A stretch of 34,692 nt of DNA from Priapulus caudatus (taxonomy: Eukaryota). Positions 22,008 to 34,363 of the stretch are shown piece by piece. The stretch covers positions 809,981 through 844,672 of the forward strand of contig NW_014577064.1 of assembly GCF_000485595.1 (NCBI RefSeq). The letters run 5' to 3'. The notes under the pieces are model-generated. The model was not told the DNA's origin, made no database searches, and saw only the letters and a program-made list of their open reading frames with translations. The position numbers and the translations under genes were made by a program. Each line of letters starts with the position of its first letter. The first letter of the stretch is position 1.

Positions 22008-25000
22008 GATTCTACAAGCTGCATCCAACTTCGTCAGCTGAGATAAAAAGAGATGGTCCACACCATCTAGTTTGAAATTTAGATGGTCCTCCTAAATTTC
22101 AAATTGTTCTCTAAAAGTAATGCGGCGTGCAAGCCTAAGAAAGATATTTTAAATGATGATAAAATGGATGATGATGGGTTTTTCATGGTGATTCACCTAC
22201 AATGAATGTATCAAACAATACAGTAATTGTTTATTCACTTTAATAATATACTGAAACGTGGAAAATTCAAAGAAAATTACCGTAAAATGGGACCAAAATA
22301 TTCATTTGACTTTGAAAATCTCATGGTCCTCCTGATTATTTGATGGCCCCGGACCATTGGACCATCGCTTATTTCGACCCCTGGTCAACTAGGGGTGTAA
22401 CGATTCACCGATACCAGAATAGCGAGCGGCCCGCGATACGAAAATCGATACGCAGCGTCCGTATCGCGATACAAACAATACGCATGCCGTGAACGAGCAC
22501 TGATTGTCGAAAATAACATTTATGCCTCGATACAAGGGCCCGGGCCCGGGTTTGTTGACACATAGCTTAGTGACGTCATGCAGTACACGGCATACGTGCG
22601 TTTCGCACCGAATTGCAGGCACAACCAAGTAGTGATTTCTCACAATTTCTCAAAGTGCATAGAACATTTTACCAATTTAGTGATCTCAGTTAGTCATAGA
22701 TTTGTCGCAGTAAGTACTAACAGTAGATGTTTTACATACGTTCACCCGTTTTGCACACATGCAATTAGTCGAACATTGTAAAAAGTAGAAAAATGCTGAT
22801 TTCTCCATTTCGATTTCTGCCACAGCAGCCGATGTATAAATTTATATTTCTCTGACATTACAACTCGGAATAATTTAATTTTGCACTCATTTCAATGGCA
22901 GCACATTGCTTTAAAAAGCGCATCAGGGTTTGATATTAAGTGTCGTCTTTTACGAGTTATGGTTCTTTAGTTGCATAAATTTAAATTCGAAAATTCAACT
23001 TAAATTTCAACTTTCAAGCAATTTTTTTGCATGTTTTCGTTAACTATGAGTTTTTGTGCATACATATTTTAACATTAGCATTGAACAATTTATGTTGACT
23101 GACCTTGTCTGTGTATCGCGATACATATTTGATCATCACCTACGTATCGAGATATGTATCATATCGTGGCCCAAGTGCATCATCAAACCTCTAAAGAGTC
23201 AACAACAGTAAGAAGGAAACTAAAGTGCTATATATAGAACAACTCGCCCTAGGCACACAGAACTTGTGTATCGTATTCGGCTTTTCTTTATCCGTGCCAG
23301 GGGACTTCTGGTACGTAATCGCCCCTAGTATATATATACCACAAAATATTGCCGATAAAGTCTAGATGTCCCTCTGACCTGGCTCGTTTAGCTATTTCTG
23401 ACTAATATATATATAATATATAATAACTATATATATTATATATATAATATATATATATATATAATATATATAGGGTTTACCGGGTTATGGTTACGGTTAG
23501 CGGTTAAGGGCGCGACACACTAGGCGATGGCATCGGCGATGGCACATCGAGCGATGTAATCGCCCGATTCTATACGCGAGTCGAGTGGACACACTAGGTC
23601 GATTAAATCGGGCGATTTACACGCAGCGCCGTTGTGCTGAAAAAAAAAATACATTAGTTGATTTTCGCGCATTGTGTCTGAGTGCATTTGGTTCACTCTG
23701 GTTCAGTCATCAGAAATTATGCATGTGCTTGTTGTTCATTGGCCTGAATGAATTGTACAATTCGGGCGATGTTATCCCGGACGCAGCGCGAGCGGAACAC
23801 TAGGCGATGGCATCGGGTGATAATATCAAAACGTTTTGATCTGTGCGATGGCACTCGGGCGATGACATCGGCGATGAAATCGGTGGCGATTGATGTGGAC
23901 ACACTAGGCGATTTTCACGGCGATTACATCGCCCGATGCATCGCCTAATGTGTCCGGCCCTTTAGGGTTAGTCACGAAATAGCTAAACGAGCCAGTGTCA
24001 AACGAGTCAGGGGGACATATAGACCCTCGCAGCCAAAGTATTCCAGTGTAAGTACTCACCACCCACTGAAGTGGTACCAGCTATATATACAGTAGATTTG
24101 GTGACTGCAGTCCCAAAAAAGCTATATAATGTATCACGTATCGATAACAATAGTAGACATAGATATACGAGTGGCAGATGTTTTTGGTGACATTTGATAA
24201 CAAATGCAATACATACTCTACTCTACCTTAACTCTAATGCTCATTTAGGTAAAGAATTTTTGCAAACCATGCCATTGATTACTTTTAGCAGTCTGCGAAA
24301 TTAACCACTGGCCCGGTATCCGAGGCCAGTAAATTTTCCGTGGGCCAATGAAACTGGTAAATGAACAAGCCCGATGCGGCCAGTGGAAAAAAAATGAGTA
24401 AATGGTCTATTAATGATATTTCAGTTCTTTATGTGGATGATCAGTCTGAGAATTTACCCGAAATTCGACCGATATTTTGTATGAAAATTTACCGATATTT
24501 ACCGATAGGGCATCATATTTCCGATCTTAAGTAGGGGAATAACTAGTCAACACCATGCGTGTTTGTCGCCGCTAGAGGTCGGAACAACTTCCGGTTTCCG
24601 GTTCTGGTTTTCAACGTGGCTTGAACGTTTGGCCTAAGTTACTTTCGAAGTCGAAATGAGTTTTCTGATTATGAATGAGCGTGATGATGATGAGTACGAT
24701 GCAGTGACAATGAGATCGGCGGGCGAGGAAAGTGGATATTTTTTTTTTCAATTTATGAAAGATAAATCTCTAAGAATACACCAGGCCCAGATTCATCATT
24801 GGTGCGTAAGTTACCGTCCATAGGAGGCATCCTACGAAGTGCGTACGTAACGTTGCTGAGGTTAATTCATCAAAGCTGTCCTAGCCCGTGCGTAGGCATA
24901 TCTTATGAGTTGCACATAACACCGCTGGTAAGCAGCCGCATTCCATTCCTCGCTGCCAGTATTTCATGTGACACCGTTTTTGCCCATACTCAGCAGCTAG

Positions 25001-26423
25001 GCCTGCATACCTCTCAAAGTTATTACTCGGTCGGGTTTTTAATAATTTCTAACTCTAAAAACTGTTTACTTTAAAATTATTAAAAATTTACATAAACAGA
25101 CAGACGGTTGTTATTTTGAATACGAAGTTTTATTTCGCAATCGTAGTTTATATTCAAAAGTTATATCAGCCGAAAGTTGCCTACCTTGACTCTGATTGCA
25201 AACACTAGCTGGTCAAATATAAACAAATGGCGCTCTAGCGAGGCGTGGCGGTAGCAACTTTCGGCTGATATAACATTTTGAAATAAAACTACGATAGAAT
25301 AATAAACTTCGTATTCAAAATGACAACCGTCTTGTCTGTTATTGTAAATATTTAATAATTTTTAACGTAATAGTTTTAGAGTTAGATGTGATAAAAACTC
25401 GACCGAGTATAACTTCGGAGGTATGCAGGCCCTAGCTGCGAGTTGTGGCATGGCGAATGTTAAACACAGCCACATCAAGAATAGCAGAAACAGCGTACAA
25501 CTGGGCAGATGCATTAATAACGAGCTAATAATACCTATGTTGTATTAGCTCGTGATGTCAACAACACGGCACAGCCCAGAGTCTGACCCAGCCTAGCACA
25601 GCCCCATCTCTCAATTGCATCTTCTCGAGAATAAAGACTATGTACTATTTGCACCCTTTTCCATGGAAATTACTCTCCACAAGAAGAGAGAAAGCATGCG
25701 AAAGCAGTGCAGGCAGCCATGTGAATGCTGTGTCAACAAAACTAGTGCTCGTCTCTGCTACTATTGCTGCCCGCTGCTGCAAACGTTGCCATCTCTTCCA
25801 CTGACTTTTGATGTATGGTGTGCGCGCGTGTGTGTGTGCCGATTGACTCGCCCCAACTTAAGTGGCATGCTTGTCTAAGCACGATGTCAACAGAAAGTCT
25901 TTGCGTTCCAACCACTAGCTTTAAACTAGTGTAGTGTTCATAAACTAGTGTAGGTGTGAACAAACACCTTTTGTTACAACATTATAGGCATTGACTGTGC
26001 CGAAAACACGCTTTTTATACATGCCCCAGTGCAGCTAGGACAGCTCTCTGGCTGTCCTAGAGTTATGTACACAGTGGACGTCAGCGTAGCGCGTGATGAT
26101 ATTGCAACTTAAATCATGCCATGCCTATGCCCCGCTTACGCCAGCCGCCCGTGCTGAGAAGCAATGATAAATTCTGGCCCCAGAGTTCCAGGGTTCTCCC
26201 TACGTTGCGCAAACGGGGCGCGCGCGCGCCCGTTTGGGAAAACTCCCCCTGTTTGAATCGTTGCGCCCCGTTTTAAATTACCTCCGCCCCCGTTTAAATT
26301 CCACCACAATAAAAGTTTGCAGCGCGGAATTCGATCGTCAAGAATTGCCGTTCGACCAGGAAATCCGACGCGTGTAATTTTTACAGTAACGCATGCACTG
26401 AAGACATACACAAGTTAACCTGA
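22008..26423. repeat. About 4.4-kb tandem repeat unit, copy B
   Basis: Collinear with copy A; differences are mostly 1-2 nt indels. Confidence 0.92.
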
Positions 26424-26661
26424 CAATGAACATGTTAACCTGTCACTAACTGTAGACCGACTCGGCTATCTTTATATACAAGAACCCCAAATACCGTCTA
26501 TGGTGTGGTGGCGATTTTTACGGCATTAATTAGTCGTACGGTAAAAATACGCCCCGGACCCCCTAGTTTCCCCCTACCCTCCCCCTAGTTTTCCCCCTCC
26601 CCTCCCCTCTCCCCTACCCCTCCCCTCCCCCTGTTTGAATTTCATCCTGGGGAGAACCCTG
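26189..26661. mobile_element. TIR element CAGGGTTCTCCC family, 5-bp TSD (hAT5-like); truncated copies at 21735, 29514 and 32548
   Basis: CAGGGTTCTCCC...GGGAGAACCCTG flanked by agttc/agttc. Confidence 0.8.
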
Positions 26662-26691
26662 AGTTCNNNNNNNNNNNNNNNNNNNNNNNNN

Positions 26692-26705
26692 AATAACTAT
26701 ATATA

Positions 26706-26738
<33 letters not shown>

Positions 26739-29734
26739 ATTATATATAGGGTTTACGGTTATGGTTACGCGTTAGCGCGTTTAATGGTGCCGGACACACT
26801 AGGCGATGAGCATCGGCGATGGCATCGAGCGAGTAATCGCCCGATTCTATAACGCGAGTCGACGTGGACACACTTAGCGATTAAATCGGGCGATTTACAC
26901 GCAGCGCCGTTGTGCTGAAAAAAAAATACATTGTGATTTTCGCGCATTGTGTCTGAGTGCATTGTGTTCACTCTGGCTTCAGTCATCAGAAATTATGCAT
27001 GTGCTTGTTGTTCTCATTGGCTGATGAATTGTACAATCGATCGGCGATGTTATCGCCGGGCGCGGACACACTAGGGGGCCGATGGCATCGGGTGATAATA
27101 TCAAAACGTTTTGATCTTGTGCGATGGCATCGGGCGATGACATCGGCGATGAAATCCAGGTGGCGATTGATGGGACACACTAGGCGATTTCACGCGATTA
27201 CATCGCCCGGATGCATCGGCCTAATGTGTCCGCGCCCTTTAGGCGGTAGTCAGAAATAGCTAAACGAGCCAAGTGTCAAACAGAGTCAGGGGGACATATA
27301 GACCCTTCGCAGCCCAAAGTATTCCAGTTAAGTACTCACCACCCCCACTGAAGTGGTACAGCATTATCATTACAGTAGATTGGGTGACTGCAGTCCCAAA
27401 AAAGCTATTATAAATGTATCACGTATGATAACAATAGTAGACATAGATATACGAGTGGCAGATGTTTTTGGGTGACATTTGATAACACAAATTGCAAACA
27501 TACCTCTACTCTACCTTAACTCTAATGCCTCATTTAGGTAAAGAATTTTTGCACAAACCATGCCATTGATTACTTTTAGCAGTCTGCGAAATTAACCACT
27601 GGCCCGGTATCCGAGGCCAGTAAATTTTCCGTGGGGCCAATGAAACTGGTAAAATGACAAGGCCCGATGGGCCAGTGAGAAAAAAAATGGAGTAAATGGT
27701 CTATTAATGATATTTCAGCTTCTTTATGTGATGATCAGGTCTGAGAATTTACCGAAATTCCCCGATATTTTGTATGAAAACTTCTACGATATTTACCGAT
27801 AGGGCATCATATTTCCCGATCTTAAGTAGGGAGAGATAACTAGTCAACACCATGCGTGGTTTGTCGCCGCTAGAGGTCGGCGAACAACTTCCGGTTTCCG
27901 GTTCTGGTTTTCAACGTGCGCTTGAACCGTGTTGCCTAAGTTACTCTTTCGAAGTTCGAAATGAGTTTTCTGATTATGAGATGAGCGTGATGATGATGAG
28001 TACGCATGATGCAGTGACAATGAGATCGGGGGCGAGGAAAGTGGATATTTTTTTTTTCAATTTCATGAAAGATAAATCTCTAAGAATACACCAGGCCCAG
28101 ATTCATCATTGGTGCGTAATTTACCCGTCCATAGGCAGGCATCCTAACGAAGTGCGTACGTAACGTTGCTGAGGTTAATTCATCAAAGCTGTCCTAGCCC
28201 GTGCGTAGGCATATCTTAATGAGTTGCCCCATGAACAACCGCTGGTAAGCAGCCGCATTCCATTCCTCGCCCTGCAGTATTTCATGTGACACCGTTTTTG
28301 CCCATACTCAGCAGCTAGGGCCTGCATACCTCTCAAAGTTATTACTCGGTCGGGTTTTTAATACGTTCTAACTCTAAAAACTGTTTACGTTAAAAATTAT
28401 TAAAATATTTACATAAACAGACAAGACGGTTGTTATTTTGAATACGAAGTTTTTTTCCAATCGTAGTTTATTTTCAAAAGTTATATCAGCCGAAAGTTGC
28501 TTACCTTGCACGTCGATTGCAAACACTAGCTGCAAATATAAACAATTGGCGCTCTAGCGGCGAGGCGTCGGCGGTAGCAACTTTCGGCTGATATAACATT
28601 TGAAATAAAACTACGATAGAAAATAAACTTCGTATTCAAAATGACAACCGTCTTGTCTGTTTATGTAAATATTTTAATAATTTTTAACGTAATAGTTTTA
28701 GAGTTAGAATGTGATAAAAACTCGACCGAGTATAACTTCGGGAGGTATGCAGGCCTAGCTGCGAGTTGTGGCATGGCGAATGTTAAACACAGCCACATCA
28801 AGAATAGCAGAAACAGCGTACAACTGGGCAGATGCATGTAATAACGAGCTAATAATACCTTTATGTTGTATTAGCTCGTTGATGTCAACAACACGGCACA
28901 GCCCAGAGTCTGACCCAGCCCTAGCACAGCCCCATCTCTCAATTGCATCTTCGACGAGAATAAAGACTATGTACTATTTGCACCCTTTTCCATGGAAATT
29001 ACTCTCACAAAGAAGAGAAAAGCATGCGAAAGCAGTGCAGGCAGCCAGTGAATGCTGTGTCAACAAAAACTAGTGCTCGCTCTCTGTACTTATTGCTGCC
29101 GCTGCTGCAAACGTTGCCATCTCTTCCACTGACTTTTTGATGTATGGTGTGCGCGCCGTGTGTGTGCCGATTGACTCGCCCCAACTTAAGTGGATGCTTG
29201 TCTAAGCACGATGTCAACAGAAAGTCTTTGCGTTCCAACCACTAGCTTTAAACTAGTGTAGTGTTCATAAACTAGTGTAGGTGTGAACAAACACCTTTTG
29301 GTTACAACATTATAGGCATTGACTGTGCCGAAACACGCTTTTTATACATGCCCCAGTGCAGCTAGGACAGCTCTCTGGCTGTCCTAGAGTTATGTACACA
29401 GTGGACGTCAGCGTAGCGCCGTTGATAATTGCAACTATAAATCATGCATGCTATGCCCCGCTTACGCCAGCCGCCCGTGCTGAGAAGCAATGATAAATTC
29501 TGGCCCAGAGTTCCAGGGTTCTCCCTACGTTGCGCAAACGGGGCGCGCGGCCCCGTTTGGGAAATACTCCCCCCTGTTTGAATCGTTGCGCCCCGTTTAA
29601 ATTACCTCCGCCCCCGTTTAAATTCCACCACAATAAAAGTTTGCCAGCGCGGGAATCGTCGACCGTCAAGAATTGCCGTTCGCACCAGGAAATCCGACGC
29701 GTGTATTTTTACAGTAACGCATGCCACTGAAGAC
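26692..29734. repeat. About 4.4-kb repeat unit, partial copy C (after N gap 26667-26691)
   Basis: Starts in the (TA)n tract and matches approx. 19000-21990 of copy A. Confidence 0.9.
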
Positions 29735-29865
29735 TTCTGTTTCTCTTTTCATAATATGATGATCATTGCTTCAGGCCTATAAAACCTAGTGTGGGCCAGT
29801 GAATTATACATTCACAGGCCCGCTGGGCCAATGAGGGTGGCACTGGAAGTTTTTCGTGCAGACTG
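27580..29865. mobile_element. Composite TIR element CAGTCTGC...GCAGACTG with 5-bp TSD; additional left ends at 19850 and approx. 24289
   Basis: tttag|CAGTCTGCGAAA ... TTTTCGTGCAGACTG|tttag; subterminal gggccag/ctggccc repeats at both ends. Confidence 0.7.
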
Positions 29866-30008
29866 TTTAGACTGATTACTGATTATTCTTTTCTTTGGAG
29901 GAACCCCTGAGGGAATAAATCAGGGCGGTTGCTGGTGCGTTTTCAGAGACTAGAACTTCCAAACTGGGTTTATTCTAAACACGAACCTTTCTCCGCTATC
30001 CTGGGACT

Positions 30009-30356
30009 TAATATGTATCACAATACTCTGTATTAAACTAATATAACCTGTTACAAAATTTCGAAGCGACGAGCGGCGATATTTCGAGCACCATTTCTGG
30101 TGACCTGCATGTGATGCTGGCTTTCCCAATGTCCATAGCGATCGGCAAACTTCGGTCAGCTTTAGTGCGCTGCGAGCCTGCCGATTGGTCGGTGAATCCG
30201 CTCTTCAAACCGAAGTTTGCCGATCGCTATGCACATTGAGAAAGCCAGCGTCACATGCAGGTCACCAGAAATGGCGCTTGAAATATCGCCGCTCGTCGCT
30301 TCGAAATTTTGTAACAGGTTATATTAGTTTAATACAGAGTATTGTGATACATATTA
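30009..30356. mobile_element. Foldback element with about 145-bp arms
   Basis: taatatgtatcacaatactctgtattaaac...gcaaacttcggt / accgaagtttgc...gtttaatacagagtattgtgatacatatta. Confidence 0.85.
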
Positions 30357-30360
30357 TTAA

Positions 30361-30540
30361 AGGACAATTGAAGTCAAATTTTATAACTTCTGTAACGTTT
30401 TTATACATAGAAATACATTCAATAACGTATTCCATTTCAAATCCGGGCCCAATTAGTAAGAAACACATGAATATTAATCTAGGTCATGTGACGTGACAGC
30501 CCCATGTTGAAACACGCCATTATATAGCGTAACAGTGCTA
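30361..30540. mobile_element. Possible Kolobok-like transposon end
   Basis: TTAA|AGGACAATTG start followed by ggtcatgtgacgtgac and cgccat motifs; matching end not found in the window. Confidence 0.3.
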
Positions 30541-30669
30541 ACACGCTAGTATATATGTTATGCTCGGTGAAAGTATTGTTACAGCATACAGCAAACATGT
30601 AGCTTGTAAATGTACTTATATTCATGTACATACATATTACCTGTGTGGATAATGCATTCACGGTATATG

Positions 30670-32151
30670 CAGGCTTTCCAGCAGTCCTTGACAACATTTT
30701 AGGGCTAATTTTAGGGAGAAATTACGGTTTTTTTTAAGGCTATTTTAGGAATTTTTAGGGATGAATCGAAACATTTTAAGGATAAAATAAGTCACTTACC
30801 TTTCATAAACATCAACGTGTTAACTTACAGATACAGTTCTATGTGGTATGTGTCCAGTCTACCAGCTATTCCTATCCTCCAAGTCCTCGATACGACTGTA
30901 CATCATCAAGTTTCATGCAAATTAGGCATTTCTTGTACATCCAGCCAGAAACAGGGTCGTATAATCAGACGCTGAAGCTTAGGAATCACTGGTAGACTGA
31001 GAGTCACAATACTTACTCTGTATAAAGATAACTAGAAAACATCCATTACCGCAGGGTCTCCAACCAACCCTGTGAACTCCAAATGCGGAATGTTCCCCTG
31101 GTGATGAGTAACTAGTGACGTAAAGACGCGTAGCTAGGATTTTATTTTAGGGGGGGGGGCGGCAATGAGCACGTGAAGTGTGCGACTTACCTAAAAAGCG
31201 CGGAAGCTCTGACGTTTCATTAAATTATTAACATTATTAAAACGCATGATATGTTATGCCGAGCTGGATGAAAGGCGAACTGCGCTGGGCTTAAAGCTCA
31301 TTTCACAAAATATTTTTAAATAATCAAAAGATATCTGTTGTTTGTTTTATAATCTTTTTAACACAGTCTTTGTATGTTCCTTTTTCTTCCTACGTCCTCT
31401 TACTTTTTTCTCTTCTCTCTCTCTTTTCTTGGCCGGCGTTTGGAGGGAGGGGCGACCGCCCCCACCGCCCCCCTCTGGCTACGCGCCTGGTGACGTATTC
31501 AGAAATTGATGGGGGTGGAGCGAAATGTACCTTGGCTGCCGCAGGCAGGCCCGTGTGCTGTAGGCATGCCAGTGCGAGGGGGGTCTGGGGGCATGCCCCC
31601 CCAGAAAATTTTGAAATATTTAAGCCATTTCCCTGCAATCTGAGGCATACTGTGGGCCATATTCTCATGTCTGATAACACTATCTCCACCCTACAACCCT
31701 TGTCTGATTAGCAGACAAACTACGAGACACCTTGCAGACAGCGCCTGTCTGACTAGGCTGTTCCATTTACCGTAGACATGCCTGATACAAAATGCCTGGA
31801 AAAAAAAATGTGTCCAAGCGAACAATGCGAACAATCAGTGCAAATTTTGTACAGTGCAACTGAAATGAGGAATATAACCTTGCCGCTGCAGAATGCGGAA
31901 ATTAAGCCTAGAAATCGTAATGATTCCGCAGAATGAGGAATGGTTGGAAACCCTGCATTAGACATAATTACAAACCAAAATTTCATCATTTCATCACCAA
32001 AAACTCCAAACATATCTGAGAAATTATTTTTTTAGGAATTTGAATAAAATTTTAGCCTTTTTTTAGGAATTGCATACATTTTTAAAGTTTTTTTAGGGCG
32101 AGCTCAAAATGTTAGGAATTTTTAGGAATTTTAGGGCCGCTGGAAAGCCTG
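30670..32151. mobile_element. About 1.5-kb TIR element with 6-bp TSD (hAT6-like) and TTTTAGG subterminal repeats
   Basis: tatatg|CAGGCTTTCCAGC ... GCTGGAAAGCCTG|tatatg; arrays of ttttagg(a/g) inside both ends. Confidence 0.8.
31123..31489. mobile_element. Nested hAT-like MITE, 8-bp TSD
   Basis: gtgacgta|AAGACGCGTAGC ... GCTACGCGCCTG|gtgacgta. Confidence 0.75.
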
Positions 32152-32163
32152 TATATGTACACG

Positions 32164-32331
32164 CAGGGAAAAAAATTAACATTTATTTTTCGGGGGCTAC
32201 TTTTCAAGCTCGCGTGCATGAAAATAGCACTCTAAAATTTGGTTTGCCTTGAACTCTATGCAAATTTCCGGGGCTCTTTTTGGCATTTCCGGGGCTAAAT
32301 CGCCCCGAACCCACGTGTATTTTTTTCACTG
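32164..32331. mobile_element. hAT-like MITE, 8-bp TSD
   Basis: tgtacacg|CAGGGAAAAAAA ... TTTTTTTCACTG|tgtacatg; internal cggggct repeats. Confidence 0.7.
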
Positions 32332-32415
32332 TGTACATGACTTACGTCTATACAAATACATGTGATTCTGAGCAAGCGTGATAAGCCCGGTGATCAGTGT
32401 ACTCGCATGACTCAC

Positions 32416-32544
32416 CTGGTCTAGCGTTGAACTGGTCTACAATAACCCAAGTCTTCTCATTCTCATGGCAGCATATACATTCAGGTGCCATACTCATTAA
32501 TTCACAAATACTACAAGAACACCAGTATTTGTCTACAGTCCTAT
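32416..32544 (-). pseudogene. Isolated exon encoding a P2X7 C-terminal ballast / nanor-like (KolX-like) Cys-rich Zn-binding segment
   Basis: Translates as RTVDKYWCSCSICELMSMAPECICCHENEKTWVIVDQFNARP, matching the WCxCxxCxxMxxxxECxCCxE pattern. Ends at a strong donor CAG|gtgagt. The acceptor side abuts a transposon insertion at 32548, and no flanking exons were recognised. Confidence 0.65.
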
Positions 32545-32547
32545 CTG

Positions 32548-32945
32548 CAGGGTTCTCCCTACGTTGCGCAAACGGCGCGCCCCGTTTGGGAAAACTCCCC
32601 CCTGTTTCAATCGTTGCGCCCCGTTTAAATTACCTCCGCCCCGATTAAATTCCACCACAATAAAAGTTTGCCAGCGAGGGAATCGATCGTCAAGAATTCC
32701 CATTCGACCAGGACACCCGGCGCGTGTATTTTTACCGTGCCACGCATGCACTGCAGACAATACACAAGTACAAACAGTCAACCTGTACCACACCCAACAC
32801 TAACTGTACACCGACTCGGCTATCTTATATATACAAGAACCCCAAATACCGTCTATGGTGTGGTGACGATTTTACGCATTAATTAATGGTACGGTAAAAA
32901 AACACGCCCCCCGGACCCCCCTAGTTCCCCCCCCTCCCCCCTCCC
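32548..32945. mobile_element. Diverged copy of CAGGGTTCTCCC family, right end missing
   Basis: Collinear with 26189-26620 but with many substitutions, indicating an independent insertion. Confidence 0.75.
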
Positions 32946-34363
32946 CACTCATGGATGTAAACATTTGTGCGGCCCGTATGTTTTGGACGCCAGATGATAT
33001 GGAGGTGTCAGCGGTGTAACCACGGCCGCGACGTAAACATGGAAATGGAGTAAAACACACGTATTAATCACGGACGCACGTGGACAGCCCTGACAAAAAG
33101 TTCCTTATCACAAGCGTCTATGTTTACGAAATCACTGATGATAACATTGCTTACGATATCATGCGTGCGAAAACGTCCGGTGCACTATAAATCTGTATCA
33201 CACCCGCTTCGCCGGCAGCGGTTTGAAACTGTAAACAACTGATTTTTGGACTGCGGGATTTCAATTAGGCAAGTGCCAGTTACTCTAGCATTTCGTCAAC
33301 ATTGCATATAAGCAATACACCGATTGACAGTTCTGCGCCTATGTTCTGTGCCAGTAGTTTCGCATCTCCGCGAGAGCCCGGATGTGCGAGTAAACGGCGC
33401 CATGTTGTTTATCTCGATGCATTGTCTACCTTGCATACGCAGGTCGCTCACCTTTGTGTCGAAGAACAGTGCACGTAGCAGGGAATAGAACACCGATAAT
33501 GGATGACCTGATTGACATGACACTTGACAAATTTAAATTATGGTCAATTCATGCTCTAAGTGTTAAAATTCATTAAAAGCATGCATTAAGTCTTAAAATT
33601 CATGCTCTAAAAGTCTCTTAAGCGCATGAGCAGTGTTAAACTGTCAACGGGTGTATCACTGTATGGGCTAGTTATGCCTAGTTTATTAATATTACGTCTA
33701 GTTTATTATGCCTAGTATACTAATTACTATGTCTAGTTTATTATGCCTAGTACTGGAGTATAGGTATAGTTATAAATAAAAATACATGACACCTAAACCG
33801 ACCAGGCTCTCCGACTGTTACACGACGGAGGACGTAACGTGGTGTAGGACGCCACGTAGTGTTAAGCGAGATGGGAACTTGTGGCTACATGACACCATAC
33901 CATAAGGCATAAAGATAACTTACGAGTAATCCGTTTTGTGCGAAAACGGTTTTGGAAGGAGTCACTTGAGAGAACTTATATCGAGTACCTTCCTATACAA
34001 GGTCACTAACTCTCAACAATTACTTGTCACGTACTTATAACACGCTTGAATGGCGCTGTTGGCAAAACTGCGGATTTCCCAGTCTCCCAGATCGCGCACA
34101 CTGAAAACAGTCGCTTATTCAACTGCGATTGTGGCGCATGCGCGCATAACTGGTGAAAACTAGGAAGGGATTTCTCTAATAGTTATCAAATTATTTAATA
34201 TAATCATTTATTTTAACAAAGATGCCAAACACACTGAAGAAAGCCGATAAGAAGATATATGAACTATTTCTGACGATATAACCTTTGATATTACACTATG
34301 AATTGAAGCACTGCTCACCCTGACCAAACTAGGGATTTTTCCTATCAAATTATCTCAAATATC

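Noticed and set aside
33296..33523. aacATGGCG start (MAPFTRTSG...) as a first exon for the P2X7-like exon
   Set aside because: No convincing donor or homology; the motif is also common in transposon ends.
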